Positions 56,462 through 64,000 of a stretch of DNA of 64,000 bases are shown one piece after another. The position numbers and the translations under genes are program-made. A model generated the notes under the pieces. It made no database searches and was not told the origin of the DNA. It saw only the letters and a list, made by a program, of their open reading frames with translations. Source of the stretch: an uncultured Actinomycetes bacterium (GTDB taxonomy: Bacteria > Actinomycetota > Thermoleophilia > UBA2241); assembly GCA_963755025.1 (NCBI GenBank), contig CAVWIH010000015.1, positions 1-64,000 of the forward strand, in the 5' to 3' direction. The stretch's first letter is position 1. Each line of letters begins with the position of its first letter.

Positions 56462-58729
56462 GTGACACAGAGTGGGTTGCGCGTCGTCGGCCGGGACCAC
56501 CCGATCGCCGACGCCGCGCTGAAAGTGACCGGCGGACTCGTTTACGGCAGCGACATGGAGCTGCCTGGCATGCTTCACGCGAGGCTGGTGCTCAGCCCCG
56601 TGGCTCACGCCAACGTCGTCGCCGTCGACGCAAGCAGGGCTCTGGCGCTGCCCGGCGTGATCGCCGTCTTCTCGCACCTGAACGCCCCGACCGCCCCCTA
56701 CAGCCGCTACCGTATCCTGCCCGGACAGGCCCTCTGCCCCGAAGACGAGACCCTGTTCACCGCTACGGCGCGCTTTGTGGGCGACCGCGTGGCGGCGGTC
56801 GTGGCCACCGACCCGCAGACCGCCGCCGACGCCGCGGCGCTGGTCGACGTCGACTACGAGGAGCTTCCCGAGCTCCTCACGCCCGAGGCCGCACTGCGCG
56901 ACGGCGTGCCACTCATCCACCCCGCCGGTAACCTGCTGCACGAGTTCGACCAGACGGTGGGTGAGGCCGTCGCGCGGGAGGCCGGCTCCGTCACGGTGAC
57001 CACCACGGTCGCCACGCCCCGATTGCACCACGCCGCGATCGAACCACACCTCTGCCTGGCCGACTACGACGAGTCGGGCAAGCTCACGATCTGGAGCCCC
57101 ACGCAGAGCGTCTTTGGGGCTCGCACGGTGGTGGCCGACCTCTTCGGCTTGAGCTACAACCGCGTGCGCGTGATCAAGGTGCCCATGGGCGGATCGTTCG
57201 GTGGCAAGCAGGAGTTCATTCTCGAGCCCGTGACCGCCTTCATGGCGATGGCCACCAGGCGCCCGGTCAAGCTCGTGCTCGACCGCGCGCAGTGCATCGC
57301 GGGCACCATGGTGCGGCCGGCCACCGTGTCGCGCGTCTCGCTGCGCGCGACGCGCGACGGACGCCTCGAAGACGTCGCCGTCGACACCGTCCTCGACGCC
57401 GGAGCCTACGCTACGAGCTCGCCCGACTACACCGGGGCGATGGCGCACAAGCTCTCGCACCTCTACCGCATGCCGCACTACCGTCACCACGCCCGGGTGG
57501 CCTACACGACGACCCCGGTCGGCGGCGGCGCCCGTGGCTACGGCGCGCCCGAGATCGTGACCGCCATGGAGATCGCCCTCGACCAGGTGGCCCGCGAGCT
57601 CGGCATCGATCCCGTCGACCTGCGCCTGCAGAACCTGGTGCGACCCAACGACATCGACGCCCTGACCGGCTTGTCGCTGGGCGACGCGCGGGTGCGCGCG
57701 TGCCTCGAGCTCGGCGTCGAGGCCTTCGGCTGGCGCGAGCGCCTGCGCACCGCGCGCGGCGACGAGCGGCGCCGCGTCGGCGTGGGCATGGCCTGCGGCG
57801 CCCACAAGAACGGCATCCTGTCGACCGACTTTCCCGACTTCAGCACGATGGCCCTGAAGATGAACGAAGACGGCAGCGTCGCCTTGAGCGCGAGCCTGCA
57901 CGAGGTGGGTTGCGGCTCGCGCACGGCGATGGCGCTGATCGTCGCCGAAGAGCTCGAGATGAGCCCCGACCTGGTCTCGATCACCGAAGCCGACAGCGAC
58001 ACGACGCCCTACGACTTCGGCTGTTTCGGCAGCCGGGTGACTTATGTGTGCGGCGCCGCGGCGCGCGGCACGGCGGCCGCGCTGAAGACGCGCCTCGTCG
58101 AACTGGCCGCCATCGTCATGCAGCGGCCGGTGCACGAGCTCAGGGCCCACGACGGCCGCGTCGAAGCGGTCGTCGGTCCCGCCGAGTACCTGCCGTACGG
58201 GGCGGTCGTCATGGCCGCCAAGACGCGCCTGAGCGAGGACGCCTTCGTGCACCACACGCACCGCGCGACCAGCAACCCGGGCGCCTACTCGGTGCAGTTC
58301 GCCGAGGTCAGCGTGGACTGCGCCACCGGGCTCACCACGGTCACCGACTTTCTGGCGGTGGGCGACGTGGGGCAGGCCATCAACCGCCTCATGGTCGAGG
58401 GCCAGTTCGCGGGCGCCGTGCAGATGGGGATCGGCTCGGCCCTCTGCGAAGAGGTGCGCCTCGACGATCGCGGCCGGCCTCCCGCCGGCGGCTTCAAGAC
58501 CTATCACATCGTGAACGCGCCCGACATGCCCAAGGTCCGCGTGCTGCTCGTCGAGCACGAGGGCGACGAGGGTCCGTTCGGCGCCAAGAGCGTGGGCGAG
58601 ATCGCGGTCGTGCCCACGGCCGCCGCCGTGGTGAACGCCATCAACCAGGCGCTCGGCACCTCGCTCACCGACCTGCCGGTGACCCCCGAGAAGATCGTGG
58701 CCGCGCTCGCCCAGGGGCAGGGCGACTGA
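56462..58729 (+). CDS. Xanthine dehydrogenase family molybdopterin-binding subunit
   Basis: KVTG, HAAIEP, MGGSFGGK, RGYGAPE, FGSRVT, INR.MVEGQ, GAKSVGE. Confidence 0.95.
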   Translation: MTQSGLRVVGRDHPIADAALKVTGGLVYGSDMELPGMLHARLVLSPVAHANVVAVDASRALALPGVIAVFSHLNAPTAPYSRYRILPGQALCPEDETLFTATARFVGDRVAAVVATDPQTAADAAALVDVDYEELPELLTPEAALRDGVPLIHPAGNLLHEFDQTVGEAVAREAGSVTVTTTVATPRLHHAAIEPHLCLADYDESGKLTIWSPTQSVFGARTVVADLFGLSYNRVRVIKVPMGGSFGGKQEFILEPVTAFMAMATRRPVKLVLDRAQCIAGTMVRPATVSRVSLRATRDGRLEDVAVDTVLDAGAYATSSPDYTGAMAHKLSHLYRMPHYRHHARVAYTTTPVGGGARGYGAPEIVTAMEIALDQVARELGIDPVDLRLQNLVRPNDIDALTGLSLGDARVRACLELGVEAFGWRERLRTARGDERRRVGVGMACGAHKNGILSTDFPDFSTMALKMNEDGSVALSASLHEVGCGSRTAMALIVAEELEMSPDLVSITEADSDTTPYDFGCFGSRVTYVCGAAARGTAAALKTRLVELAAIVMQRPVHELRAHDGRVEAVVGPAEYLPYGAVVMAAKTRLSEDAFVHHTHRATSNPGAYSVQFAEVSVDCATGLTTVTDFLAVGDVGQAINRLMVEGQFAGAVQMGIGSALCEEVRLDDRGRPPAGGFKTYHIVNAPDMPKVRVLLVEHEGDEGPFGAKSVGEIAVVPTAAAVVNAINQALGTSLTDLPVTPEKIVAALAQGQGD

Positions 58730-59349
58730 TGCGCCTGTCGTTCGAGGTGAACGGCGTGCGGCGCGAGCTCGACGTCGACCCGGCCGCGCGGCTCATCGAC
58801 GTCTTGCGCGACGAGCTCGGCCTGACCGGCACCAAGGAGGGCTGCGGCGAGGGCGAGTGCGGCGCCTGTACCGTGCTCATCGACGATCGCGCGGTCGATT
58901 CGTGTCTCGTGATCGCCGCGCAGGTGCGCGACAAACGCGTGCTCACGGTCGAGGGCCTTGCCCGCGACGGCGAGCTCGACGTGCTGCAGCAGCAGTTCAT
59001 CGACCACGGCGCCGTGCAGTGCGGCTTCTGCACGCCGGGCATGCTCATGTCGGCCAAGGCGCTCCTGCTGGCCCACCCGCAGCCGACTGAGCGGCAGATC
59101 CGCGTGGCCCTGGCCGGCAACCTCTGCCGCTGCACCGGCTACGGCGCCATCATCGCGGCCGTGACCGCCGCGGGCCGCGCGCTGGCCGGCGGCGGTGGGG
59201 CGTGGGGGCCTGAAGACGGCGGCGAGACGGTCGCGACGAGTGACGAGGCCGCCGGGCCAGGCGCCGCCGGCGCGCCCGCGGGGCCCAGCGCCGCCGATGA
59301 CGTCGCCGGGCCAGGCGCCGCCGGCGTGCCCCCAGGGGGCAACGCGTGA
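58729..59349 (+). CDS. XDH-family 2Fe-2S subunit with a duplicated low-complexity tail
   Basis: GCGEGECGACTV, QCGFCTPG, GNLCRCTGY; 54-bp duplication at 59242-59346. Confidence 0.95.
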   Translation: MRLSFEVNGVRRELDVDPAARLIDVLRDELGLTGTKEGCGEGECGACTVLIDDRAVDSCLVIAAQVRDKRVLTVEGLARDGELDVLQQQFIDHGAVQCGFCTPGMLMSAKALLLAHPQPTERQIRVALAGNLCRCTGYGAIIAAVTAAGRALAGGGGAWGPEDGGETVATSDEAAGPGAAGAPAGPSAADDVAGPGAAGVPPGGNA

Positions 59350-60239
59350 TGATCGCCACCAGGCTCCTGACTCCGCGCGACCGCTCCGAGCTCACGGCCG
59401 CCCTGGGCGAGATGACGCCCGACAGCCGGTTGCTGGCCGGCGGCACCGATCTCGTGCGGGCGATGAGTCAGCAGCGCTCCCGGCCCGACCTGATCGTCGA
59501 CCTCTCGGCGATGGCCGAGCTCGACCACGTGACGCTCGACGACGGTCTCGTGCGCGTCGGGGCGATGACCACGTTCGCACGCCTGCAGACCGACCCCCTC
59601 GTGGCGCGTCATGCCCGCTGCCTCGCCTTGGCGGCGGCGGCGGTCGGTTCACCGCAGATCCGCAACCTGGCGACGGTCGGCGGCAACGTTGCCAACGCCT
59701 CGCCGTGCGGCGACAGCATCCCGGCGCTGCTCGCGCTGGACGCCGAGGTCGAGGTCTGGGACGCCGCCGGACAGGCGCGGCGCGAGCCGCTCGCCGCGGT
59801 GCTGGCCGGCGCCGGGCGGACCACGCTGGGCCTCGGCGAGGCCATCGCCGGCTTTGCCTTCGCGGCGCTCGACGGTGGCGTTCGCGCGACGTTCGTCAAG
59901 ATCGGCTCGCGCTCGACCCTGTCGGTCGCGCGGCTGAACCTGGCCGTGGTGGTCGGCTACGAGGCCGCCGAGGCGCGCTTCACGACCGCCCGGGTCGCGC
60001 TCGGCGCGGTCGGCGAGACCGCGTTTCGCGACCCCCAGGTCGAAGCCTCGCTGGCCGGTCAGCGCGCCGACTCCGACACCGCCTTCGCCTTCATGGAGCA
60101 GTGCGTCGCCGCGGTCTGCCGCTCGATCCCCGGGCGGCAGTCGGTCGACTACAAGTGCGGCGCCGCCGTGGGTCTCGCCGACGACGCCTGGCGCGGCCTC
60201 GACCTGTCGTCGCCGGTCGAGGTCACGCCGGTCTCCTGA
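59346..60239 (+). CDS. XDH-family FAD-binding subunit
   Basis: LAGGTDL, VGSPQIRNLATVGGNVANASPCGD. Confidence 0.95.
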   Translation: MMIATRLLTPRDRSELTAALGEMTPDSRLLAGGTDLVRAMSQQRSRPDLIVDLSAMAELDHVTLDDGLVRVGAMTTFARLQTDPLVARHARCLALAAAAVGSPQIRNLATVGGNVANASPCGDSIPALLALDAEVEVWDAAGQARREPLAAVLAGAGRTTLGLGEAIAGFAFAALDGGVRATFVKIGSRSTLSVARLNLAVVVGYEAAEARFTTARVALGAVGETAFRDPQVEASLAGQRADSDTAFAFMEQCVAAVCRSIPGRQSVDYKCGAAVGLADDAWRGLDLSSPVEVTPVS

Positions 60240-60344
60240 GCAGCTTCGTCTCGTCGGCGATCGCGCACGGTTGTCAGGCGGCGAAATGCTCTTTGGCGTA
60301 TGTGCAGAGCTCTGCGATCTGCGCCGGGTTGAGGTCGAGGTAAG

Positions 60345-60731
60345 CTAGTCTCCGGCGCGGCGCCCGTCCTGTCTTGTGTCACTCTCCAGGTCCGACAGGA
60401 TGTCGGCAAAGTTGCCCATCTGAAAGACGCGGCTGCCACACTGGTAGAGGCGCGGGTCGAAGTCCTGAACGGCGCTTTCCCCCGGCCGATACGCCCTGCC
60501 AGCACGCGCGTTGAAGTCTCTCGCGCCTAACAGCTTGTCGTACCGCGAGCGCTTCTCGGGGTCGCAAAGCGTCGCGTTTGCCTCGTTGATCTCGATGAAC
60601 TTCGCCTCGGCGGCCCTGTCGCCCGGGTTGCGGTCGGGATGATACTGCCTCGCGAGTTGGCGATAGACCCTGCGGATCTCGTCTTGGGGTGCCTTAGGGG
60701 AGACGCCCAGCCTCTGATAGAAGTCGGCCAT
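60345..60731 (-). CDS. Short J-domain (DnaJ-like) protein
   Basis: DFYQRLGV...[20 protein letters not shown]...KF.EINEA...L.DPEKR..YD; no Zn finger or C-terminal substrate domain. Confidence 0.88.
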   Translation of the reverse strand: MADFYQRLGVSPKAPQDEIRRVYRQLARQYHPDRNPGDRAAEAKFIEINEANATLCDPEKRSRYDKLLGARDFNARAGRAYRPGESAVQDFDPRLYQCGSRVFQMGNFADILSDLESDTRQDGRRAGD

Positions 60732-60738
60732 GCAAGGA

Positions 60739-60766
60739 GTATCGGCAGCCGCGCAGACCAAGTTGA
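60739..60766 (-). promoter_or_regulatory. Putative sigma28-type promoter giving a leaderless J-domain transcript
   Basis: Minus strand TCAA-N16-GCCGATAC, then 7 nt to the ATG. Confidence 0.55.
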
Positions 60767-60821
60767 CGACCCCAGGCAGAATTGGGCGACGATACCCAGG
60801 ACAGTGAGGAAGCCTGCTCAT

Positions 60822-60848
60822 TCAAGGCCGGTCGTGGCGCACCGATAT
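60822..60848 (+). promoter_or_regulatory. Putative sigma28-type promoter for TPR-grpE
   Basis: TCAA-N15-ACCGATAT. Confidence 0.5.
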
Positions 60849-60882
60849 ACAGAGCAGGCAGTCTTCCGTGAGGAGCAGGACG

Positions 60883-62079
60883 ATGACATTGATCGACGAC
60901 CGCGGGCCGCGCACAGCCGACGATGAGGGCGAGGGCTTGCCTCAGAGCCCGCAATCGCCTGGCCGCCGGCACTGGGTCTCGGCGCTCCGCTTGCGGGCTC
61001 GTGCCCCTCGAGAAGGGGCAAGAGACAGGGCCGATGGGCTACTCCAAGAGTTCGGCAGGGCAAAACCGCTCGTGACGTCCCAGCTCGTTCGGCGGAGCGA
61101 AGACCAACAGCTGGCGGCCGCGGCCTGCACGCAGGCGCAGTGCCTGTCGGCCCTTGGCCGTCACCACGACGCACTCGCTTCCTACGAAGAAGCCAAGACC
61201 ATCTACGTACGCCTCGGTCAGGAGATCGAGGCAGCGCGCTGCACCGCAAGTTGCGCCAACGCATTGGTCAGGCAGGGGGACTTCAAGGCGGCTCTGGCTG
61301 GCTACAACGAGGCACGGGCCGTCCTCGTGCGCCTCGGCAGGGAAGCCGAGGCTGCCTGCTGCACCATGAACCGCGCCGTCGTGCTTGCCAACGCCGGCCG
61401 CTACGCAGAAGCGTTGGCCGGCTACGACAAAGCGCGGACTGCGCTGGTCTTCGCCGGTCGAGAAGGCGAGGTGGCTCGCTGCACGGCTAATCGCGCCAAT
61501 CTGCTTGCCAACATGGGCCGCTTCGAAGAAGCCCTGGCCGGCTACAACGAGGCGCAGGCCGTCCTTGCTCGATGCGGCGACCAACTCGGCGTGGCGAGTT
61601 GTGTCATGAACCGCGCGTTCGTGCTGGGCACGCTGGGACGCTTTCAGGATGCCCTGACCGGCTTTGAAGAGGCGCGAGCCGTCTATGCGCTTCGCGGCCA
61701 GGAGACCGAGGTGGCGCGCTGCAGCGCACACCGTGCCAACGTCTTCGCTGGCCTGGGGCGCTTTCAAGAGGCTCTGGCCTGTTTTGAGGAGGCCCGCGCC
61801 ATCCAGATGCGTTGCGGCCAAGAGCTTGAGGTGGCCCGATGCGTTATGGGCTGTGCCGACGCGTTGCGGAACCTGGGCCGCTTGCAAGAGGCCCTGGCCG
61901 GTTATAGGGAAGCGCAAGCGGTCTATCGGCGTTTCGGTCAGGAGATCGAGGTAGCTCGCTGCGGCGTAGGCAGCGCCAAAGTGCTCGCTGCTATGGGCGA
62001 TTTCGACGAGTCTCGTGTCGACTTCGAGAAGGCGCGCGCCGTCTTCGTGCGCTTCTCCCAGAAGTCTCAGGCGTCGTGA
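60883..62079 (+). CDS. Tetratricopeptide-like repeat protein (about 8 x 40-aa repeats, each with a conserved Cys)
   Basis: Repeats E.ARC..N.A..L..LGRF.EALAGY.EARAV..R.G. Confidence 0.9.
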   Translation: MTLIDDRGPRTADDEGEGLPQSPQSPGRRHWVSALRLRARAPREGARDRADGLLQEFGRAKPLVTSQLVRRSEDQQLAAAACTQAQCLSALGRHHDALASYEEAKTIYVRLGQEIEAARCTASCANALVRQGDFKAALAGYNEARAVLVRLGREAEAACCTMNRAVVLANAGRYAEALAGYDKARTALVFAGREGEVARCTANRANLLANMGRFEEALAGYNEAQAVLARCGDQLGVASCVMNRAFVLGTLGRFQDALTGFEEARAVYALRGQETEVARCSAHRANVFAGLGRFQEALACFEEARAIQMRCGQELEVARCVMGCADALRNLGRLQEALAGYREAQAVYRRFGQEIEVARCGVGSAKVLAAMGDFDESRVDFEKARAVFVRFSQKSQAS

Positions 62080-62744
62080 CGACTCCGACCGAGATCTCGC
62101 AGCACCAAGGCGACCCCCGGGCTGAGAGCGACCTCACGACAAGGTCGCGAGAGTCCTGGGCCGCGAGAGGCAAATTGCGCGACGCCTTGGCAGAGGCAGT
62201 CGCGGCCTACGCCTCGAGAGAAACGGCTGCGAAAGGTGCGACGCGGGCCGGGGAGCCGTCGGTCAGCGCCGTCGCCACCGCAGCCGCCGCTGGTACCGGG
62301 CGGCCTGCGGAGACCGTCGCGGAGTGTGATCGCCATTGCGACCACCTGCAGCGTCTCAAGGCCGAGTTCGAGAACTACCGCAAGCGCATGCAGCGCGACA
62401 ACCAGGCGCTCGTCTTGCGCGCCGGCGAGGGCGTGCTCGAATCGCTGCTGCCGGTGCTCGACAACATGCAGCGCGCCCTCGAGTCGGCCGAGCGCCACGA
62501 AGAGGGGCAACTGATCAAGGGTGTGGAGATCGTCTCCGGGCAGCTGCGCTCGGTGCTCGAGAGCCACGGCCTCGACCAGGTGCCCGCCGAACCGGGGCTG
62601 CCGTTCGACCCCAACATCCACGAGGCGGTCGTCGCGCAAGAATCCGACGAGTTCGACGAGGGCGCGATCGTCGCCGTGCTCGAGCCCGGCTACCTGCTGC
62701 ACGGCAGGCTGCTGCGGCCCGCACGGGTCATCGTGGCGAAGTAG
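62076..62744 (+). CDS. grpE: Nucleotide exchange factor GrpE (second or divergent copy)
   Basis: RLKAEFENYRKR, LLPVLDN..RAL, FDPNIHEAV, GY.L.GRLLRPARVIVAK; GTGA overlap with the TPR gene. Confidence 0.92.
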   Translation: MTTPTEISQHQGDPRAESDLTTRSRESWAARGKLRDALAEAVAAYASRETAAKGATRAGEPSVSAVATAAAAGTGRPAETVAECDRHCDHLQRLKAEFENYRKRMQRDNQALVLRAGEGVLESLLPVLDNMQRALESAERHEEGQLIKGVEIVSGQLRSVLESHGLDQVPAEPGLPFDPNIHEAVVAQESDEFDEGAIVAVLEPGYLLHGRLLRPARVIVAK

Positions 62745-62814
62745 CCGACGGCCGGGTCGGCACCGGACCCGACTGCAGGGATTTCAGTTTGCGTCGGGAC
62801 CAGCCCCTCCTGAT

Positions 62815-63009
62815 CGCTCTTACCGAGCGGCTGCCGGCTCGCTGGCGGCGGCGGTTGCGGCGCTCGCCGCCATGACCGAGCTGCGCGACCCCTACACGGC
62901 CGACCACCAGCGCCGCGTCGGCGAGCTTGCCTTCGCGCTGGTCGCCGAGCTCGGCTGGGACGAGGCGTGCGCGCTCTTCCGCGAGAACCGGTTCGCCTTC
63001 TCCGAGTAG
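62815..63009 (+). pseudogene. Internally deleted HD-GYP phosphodiesterase remnant
   Basis: ELRDPYTADHQRRV..LA..L..ELGW joined directly to an HD-GYP-like terminus AC.LFRE.RF.F; the HD and GYP core is missing. Confidence 0.75.
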
Positions 63010-63059
63010 CCGCGGCCGCGACCGCGTCGGCGCACCGCTGCGCCGCAGCGTTTGCATTC

Positions 63060-63087
63060 TCACAGCAGATTCCCAGCGTCGTCCCGG
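63060..63087 (+). promoter_or_regulatory. OmpR/MprA-like direct repeats upstream of the efflux adaptor gene
   Basis: TCACAG-N5-TCCCAG-N5-TCCCGG. Confidence 0.6.
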
Positions 63088-63228
63088 GCGCGCCACAGGC
63101 GCGCATCGTAGAACTGACGGCGCACCATGCTGGGGTTCGTGGCGCGCAACCGCCGCACGATCTGTCTCGTACCCCTCTCTGGCCGCGCAGACGCCGCCGG
63201 TCGATCGACCAGAAGGAGAACCAGGCCC

Positions 63229-64000
63229 ATGAAGCGAGCGAAGCGTCGTTGGTGGTGGATCGGGGCGATCGTGATCGTGGTCGTAGTGGCGGCGACCGCG
63301 GCGGTGGTCGTCGCGCGGGCGGGCAGGTCACAGGGTGTGCGGTACCTCACGGCGACCGCGGTCACCGGCTCGATCGCCAAGACCGTCGAAGCCGACTTCA
63401 CCCTGAGCAACGCGCGCGCCTCGACGACCATCAGCTTGGGCGGCACGAGCGCCGCCGCCTCGTCGAGCACGACGGCCGGCTCGACCACCACGTCGTCGCG
63501 CGGCGTAGTCAGCGGCCTGGCGCTTGCCGCCGGCGAGACGCCGCGCACCCTCGAGCGACTGCTGACCGTCTCGGGCAAGCCGATCTACTCGTTCGTGAGC
63601 GAGTCGCCGCTGTACGAGACCCTGTCCTCGAGCCTGACCGACGGCAAAGACGCCACGAACGTCGCGGCGCTGCAGCGCGCCCTCAAGTCGGCGGGCTACT
63701 ACAGCGGCACGGTCAACGGCGACTTCGGCACGACCACCAGGACGGCGCTCGAGGCCTGGCAGGCGGCCAAAGGCCTGAGCCAGACCGGCACCGTCACCAC
63801 CGCGCGCTTCGTCTGGGTGCGCACCGGCGGCGAGCTGTCGGCGTGTAGCGTCAGCCTGGGCAGCGCGGTGGGCTCAGGCACGTCGCTGGCCACGATCGTG
63901 TTCCCGCGGCCGCTCGTGGCCACGGCTTCGGTCAGCCAGGCCGACGTCCCGGAGCTCGAGGTGGGCCAGAAGGCCGAGCTCACGGTGAGCGGCACGAGCA
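63229..64000 (+). CDS. Efflux periplasmic adaptor (HlyD/MacA-like) with peptidoglycan-binding domain, truncated by the window end
   Basis: Manual translation MKRAKRRWWWIGAIVIVVV...PLYETL...NVAALQRALKSAGYY...GDFGTTTRTALEAWQ...VSQADVPELEVGQKA; AAGGAG RBS. Confidence 0.88.
   Translation, partial: MKRAKRRWWWIGAIVIVVVVAATAAVVVARAGRSQGVRYLTATAVTGSIAKTVEADFTLSNARASTTISLGGTSAAASSSTTAGSTTTSSRGVVSGLALAAGETPRTLERLLTVSGKPIYSFVSESPLYETLSSSLTDGKDATNVAALQRALKSAGYYSGTVNGDFGTTTRTALEAWQAAKGLSQTGTVTTARFVWVRTGGELSACSVSLGSAVGSGTSLATIVFPRPLVATASVSQADVPELEVGQKAELTVSGTS

Overview
A high-GC chromosomal window from an Actinomycetota-like organism; Thermoleophilia or a related class is inferred from gene content and style. 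It holds about 60 genes and no rRNA, tRNA, CRISPR array or intact mobile element that I could recognise. Main content: an HtrA protease; a TPP-riboswitch thiamine salvage operon (PurM-like protein, thiD, thiE, permease); a short purH; an ECF sigma/anti-sigma pair; a beta-propeller surface protein; a TetR/LicB-like transporter pair; an orphan type IV pilin under a c-di-GMP-I riboswitch; a LicC-like cytidylyltransferase with a CDP-alcohol phosphotransferase; an amino-acid cluster (APC permease, class V aminotransferase, EamA, Lrp, unassigned enzyme-like gene); a sigma70-STAS-BlaI locus; a MacB-type ABC exporter; a fused chorismate aminase; a PAS-GGDEF-EAL protein; an XDH-family molybdoenzyme; and a J-domain/TPR/GrpE module without DnaK. 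The most notable signals read from the sequence: (1) the DnaK-less co-chaperone module sits behind back-to-back sigma28/WhiG-like promoters also seen upstream of the GGDEF-EAL gene; (2) four loci share 11-bp-period TCxCAG direct repeats resembling the MprA box; (3) the pilin riboswitch has a predicted OFF-type expression platform; (4) a dispersed choline/CDP-choline lipid pathway is suggested; (5) a basic C-terminal DLAGN domain occurs twice; (6) an unannotated 23-aa sORF has a strong RBS; (7) there are several short gene scars (integrase, AIM24, HD-GYP, TetR). Four genes carry single-base +1 frameshifts that are most likely sequence errors. All family calls come from motif recognition by eye, with no database searches.
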